A stretch of 64,000 nt of DNA from Planctomycetia bacterium (GTDB taxonomy: Bacteria; Planctomycetota; Planctomycetia; Pirellulales; UBA1268), in the NCBI GenBank assembly GCA_046343855.1, contig JBKDMX010000046.1, forward strand, positions 4,483 to 68,482, given 5' to 3'. Shown in pieces: positions 61,299-64,000 of the stretch. The notes below the pieces were generated by a model, which did no database searches, was not told the origin of the DNA, and saw only the letters and a list, made by a program, of their open reading frames with translations. The translations under genes and the position numbers were made by a program. Each line of letters begins with the position of its first letter. The first letter of the stretch is position 1.

Positions 61299-61402
61299 AT
61301 AGAGAAGACAGGTTTTTGCATAGAAAAAACCGATGGTTTGCCATTACCCATCCCGCCTGTCATCGCATTGCTTTTTTCTATTGCTTGTGACTCTTTCTCT
61401 AT
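61299..61402. promoter_or_regulatory. symmetric array of four ATAGA(G/A)AA half-sites in the sbtA-like / carbonic anhydrase divergent promoter
   Basis: ATAGAGAA 61299-61306, ATAGAAAA 61320-61327, TTTTCTAT 61374-61381, TTCTCTAT 61395-61402. 21-bp spacing within each pair, and both pairs are centred on 61350.5. Confidence 0.5.
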
Positions 61403-61495
61403 TTGCGTCGCAGGCGGAAGATGCCGATAAGCAGCAAGACGCGGAGTCCGAGCCTGCGCAGCCCCGCCGTATTTTTCTTGTGGGAGGCATGCCGA

Positions 61496-62200
61496 ATGTG
61501 CACCATCGACTCGCTCTCGACGAACAGCCGCCGACGATGGCTGGCGAGCATGGTGGCTGGGGGGATGGCAGCGTCGTGGCACGCGAGCCTGGCATCACAC
61601 GCGCAGGCCGCTCAGTCGGCCGCCGAGGGCATGAGCCCAGCGCAGGCCCTCGACTTTCTCCAGGAGGGCAATTCCCGGTTCGTCGCCGGCAAGACCGCGG
61701 CCCCGAATCGCGACATCGACCGGCTGCGGGAGGTGGCGCCGCGACAGACGCCGTTCGCTGCCTTTCTCGGCTGCGCCGACTCGCGCGTGCCGATCGAGAT
61801 CGTCTTCGATCAGGGCTTCGGCGACCTGTTCGTCAGCCGCATCGCGGGCAACGTGGCCGCCACTGAAAATATCGCCAGCCTCGAATTCGCCACGCAGGTG
61901 CTGGGGGCAAAGGTGCTCTACGTCCTGGGCCATACCTCCTGCGGTGCCGTTGCCGCCGCGGCCAAGGCCGAGCCGGTGCCCGGGCAGATCTCGGCACTGT
62001 TTCAGCTCATCCGGCCCGCCGTCCGCGCCGCCAAGGGGGATGTCGAAGCGGCCATCCGTGAAAACGTGAAGCTTCAGGCCCAGACGCTGGTGGAGGCGTC
62101 CACGGTGATCTCGTCGCTTGTCTCGGCTGGGAAGGTCTTGGTCGCCGGAGGTATCTTCGACCTCCAGACCGGCCGCGTCGAGCCGGTGCGATTGGGATAG
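61496..62200 (+). CDS. beta-class carbonic anhydrase with twin-arginine signal peptide
   Basis: GGGAGG RBS, ATG at 61496. Tat motif NSRRRWLASMVAGG. CADSRVP and GHTSCGAV zinc ligand motifs. Confidence 0.88.
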   Translation: MCTIDSLSTNSRRRWLASMVAGGMAASWHASLASHAQAAQSAAEGMSPAQALDFLQEGNSRFVAGKTAAPNRDIDRLREVAPRQTPFAAFLGCADSRVPIEIVFDQGFGDLFVSRIAGNVAATENIASLEFATQVLGAKVLYVLGHTSCGAVAAAAKAEPVPGQISALFQLIRPAVRAAKGDVEAAIRENVKLQAQTLVEASTVISSLVSAGKVLVAGGIFDLQTGRVEPVRLG

Positions 62201-62213
62201 CAGACGGCCGTGC

Positions 62214-63113
62214 ATGGACTGGCTCAACTACCACCACCTGCTCTACTTCTGGACCGTCGCCAAGGAGAACAGCGTCTCCAAGGCGGCGGCGGCCCTCCAC
62301 GTGGCCCAGCCCACGGTGAGCGCCCAACTGCGGTCGCTCGAACGGTCGCTCGGCCAGAAACTCTTCGAGCGGCAAGGACGGCATCTGAAGCTGACGCTCG
62401 AAGGGGAAAAGGTCTTTCGCTACGCCGACGAGATTTTTTCCCTCGGGCGTGAATTGCTGCAGTCCGTGAAGGGCGAACCGCTGCACGCCCCGAAGCGGTT
62501 TCGCGTCGGCGTCTCCGATGCGCTCCCGAAATTGACGACCTATCGGCTGATCGAGCCGGCGCTCGCCATGCAGCCGGCCTTCCGGCTGCACGTGCGGATC
62601 GACAAGACGGAACGGCTGCTGGGGGAGCTCGCCGTGCATGCGGTCGATCTCGTGATCGCCGACGCGCCGATGATGCCGTCGCTGCGGGTGCGGGCCTTCA
62701 GCCATTTGCTGGGCGAGACGAGCGTGTCGATCTACGGGTCGGCCGGCCTGGCCCGCGGCGCGCGACGGAAGTTTCCACAGTCGCTGCACGGCGCGCCGAT
62801 GCTGCTCCAGACCGCCAACACCGCTCTGCGCCAGTCGCTCGACCAATGGTTCGACGTCCACCAGATCGCGCCCACGATCGTGGGCGAGGTGGAAGACATG
62901 GCCATGCTGCAGACGCTCGGCGAGCATGGTCTCGGTCTTTTCGCCGCTCCCACCGTGATGCGCAAGGAAATCTGCCGCCGCTACCATGTCGCCTGGGTGG
63001 GTGAACTCGACAAAGTGCGTGAAAAGTTCTATGCAATCTCGGTCGAGCGAAGGATCACGCACCCCGCCGTGCGGCTGATCGCCGATCAGGCGAAGCGACG
63101 CCTGTTCACCTGA
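62214..63113 (+). CDS. LysR family transcriptional regulator, NhaR-like
   Basis: ATG at 62214. MDWLNYHHLLYFWTVAKENSVSKAAAALHVAQPTVSAQLRSLE closely parallels the NhaR N-terminus. Confidence 0.88.
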   Translation: MDWLNYHHLLYFWTVAKENSVSKAAAALHVAQPTVSAQLRSLERSLGQKLFERQGRHLKLTLEGEKVFRYADEIFSLGRELLQSVKGEPLHAPKRFRVGVSDALPKLTTYRLIEPALAMQPAFRLHVRIDKTERLLGELAVHAVDLVIADAPMMPSLRVRAFSHLLGETSVSIYGSAGLARGARRKFPQSLHGAPMLLQTANTALRQSLDQWFDVHQIAPTIVGEVEDMAMLQTLGEHGLGLFAAPTVMRKEICRRYHVAWVGELDKVREKFYAISVERRITHPAVRLIADQAKRRLFT

Positions 63114-63144
63114 CCGTTCAAACGCTTTGTGAGGGCCCCACGCC

Positions 63145-64000
63145 TTGAGTTATTCCCTGCGCAATCTCGACGCCCTCGAGTCCGAGGCCATCCACACGAT
63201 CCGCGAGGTGGCGGCGGCCTTCGAGAATCCCGTCCTGCTCTATTCGATCGGCAAAGACTCGATGTGCATGCTGCACGTCGCCCGCAAGGCGTTCGCGCCG
63301 GGGCCCGTGCCCTTCCCGCTGTTGCACATCGACACCACGTGGAACTTCCGCGCGATGATCGAGTTTCGCGACCGCTATTGCGCGGAGCACGGCTTCAGGC
63401 TGATCGTGCACGTCAACGAGAAGGCGCTGGCCGCCGGCATGAACCCCTTCGACTATCCGAGCAGCGTCTACACGCCGACGATGAACACCCACGCCCTCAT
63501 CGACGCCCTCGACACCTACCGTTTCGACGCCGCCCTCGGCGGCGGACGGCGCGACGAGGAAAAGTCGCGGGCCAAGGAGCGGGTGTTTTCCTTCCGCGAC
63601 GCCAACCACCAGTGGAACCCGAAGAACCAGCGGCCGGAGCTCTGGGATCTCTATAACACGCGGATCAGCCGCGGCGAGAACATCCGCGTCTTTCCGCTCT
63701 CCAATTGGACCGAGCTCGACATCTGGCAATACATCCACCGCGAGAACATCCCGCTCGTGCCGCTTTACTTCGCCGCCGAACGGCCGGTGGTGGAGCGCGA
63801 AGGGCAGCTGATCATGGTCGATGACGAACGCTTCCGGCTGCATCCCGGCGAGGTGCCGCAGATGAAGCGGGTGCGATTTCGCACGATGGGCGACTATCCG
63901 CTCACGGCGGCCCATGAATCGACCGCCTTCACCGTGCCGGAGGTGATCGAGGAGATGCTGCTCACGAAGACGAGCGAGCGGCAGGGACGGCTCATCGACA
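63145..64000 (+). CDS. cysD: sulfate adenylyltransferase subunit 2 (3' end beyond window)
   Basis: Not in the ORF track (no stop in the window). Frame opens after TGA at 63130, and the only start is TTG at 63145. [57 protein letters not shown]. Confidence 0.9.
   Translation, partial: MSYSLRNLDALESEAIHTIREVAAAFENPVLLYSIGKDSMCMLHVARKAFAPGPVPFPLLHIDTTWNFRAMIEFRDRYCAEHGFRLIVHVNEKALAAGMNPFDYPSSVYTPTMNTHALIDALDTYRFDAALGGGRRDEEKSRAKERVFSFRDANHQWNPKNQRPELWDLYNTRISRGENIRVFPLSNWTELDIWQYIHRENIPLVPLYFAAERPVVEREGQLIMVDDERFRLHPGEVPQMKRVRFRTMGDYPLTAAHESTAFTVPEVIEEMLLTKTSERQGRLID

Noticed and set aside
63118-63915. ORFs 63118..63915(-) and 63129..63656(+).
   Set aside because: The third plus-strand frame from TTG 63145 encodes near-textbook CysD along the whole region. 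These two ORFs are overlapping artefacts.

Overview
High-GC chromosomal segment that looks planctomycetal. The evidence is a DUF1559/H-X9-DG pseudopilin-like protein, a PEP-CTERM protein, and secreted PQQ-propeller, FGE-sulfatase and DUF1080 proteins. I call about 61 protein genes, and most long alternative ORFs in the track are GC-driven antisense or out-of-frame artefacts. The backbone is housekeeping: purH, smpB, thyX, moeA, a trpG-like amidotransferase, a complete nuoA-N operon (39011-54452) followed by a translationally coupled Mrp/ApbC Fe-S carrier, lpxB, an M50 protease, and cysD (partial, TTG start, runs off the window). I recognised no rRNA, tRNA, CRISPR array, transposase, integrase or phage gene.

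The observations most worth a second look are:
1. At least five families of short dispersed hairpin or inverted-repeat elements (here called A-E) fill nearly every intergenic gap. They combine into about 170-bp mosaic units. They supply the TAG stop codon of seven genes. They sit inside the nuo operon and in frame inside two coding regions (nuoL and the signal-peptide region of a PQQ-propeller gene).
2. A monocistronic, secreted 273-aa protein is built almost entirely from a Cys-rich EP-x-C-G-A-G-N-G-C repeat (about 44 Cys). It is preceded by about 850 bp of lower-GC non-coding DNA.
3. Two tandem dynamin-like, membrane-anchored P-loop NTPases with degenerate G3/G4 motifs are translationally coupled (ATGA overlaps) to an amino-acid ABC importer.
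4. An SbtA-family permease, a Tat-exported beta-carbonic anhydrase and an NhaR-like LysR regulator form a cluster. Its divergent promoter carries a perfectly symmetric array of four ATAGA half-sites.
5. A short P-II-like protein is start/stop-coupled to a 2Fe-2S ferredoxin.

All family assignments come from motif recognition by eye. No database search was run.
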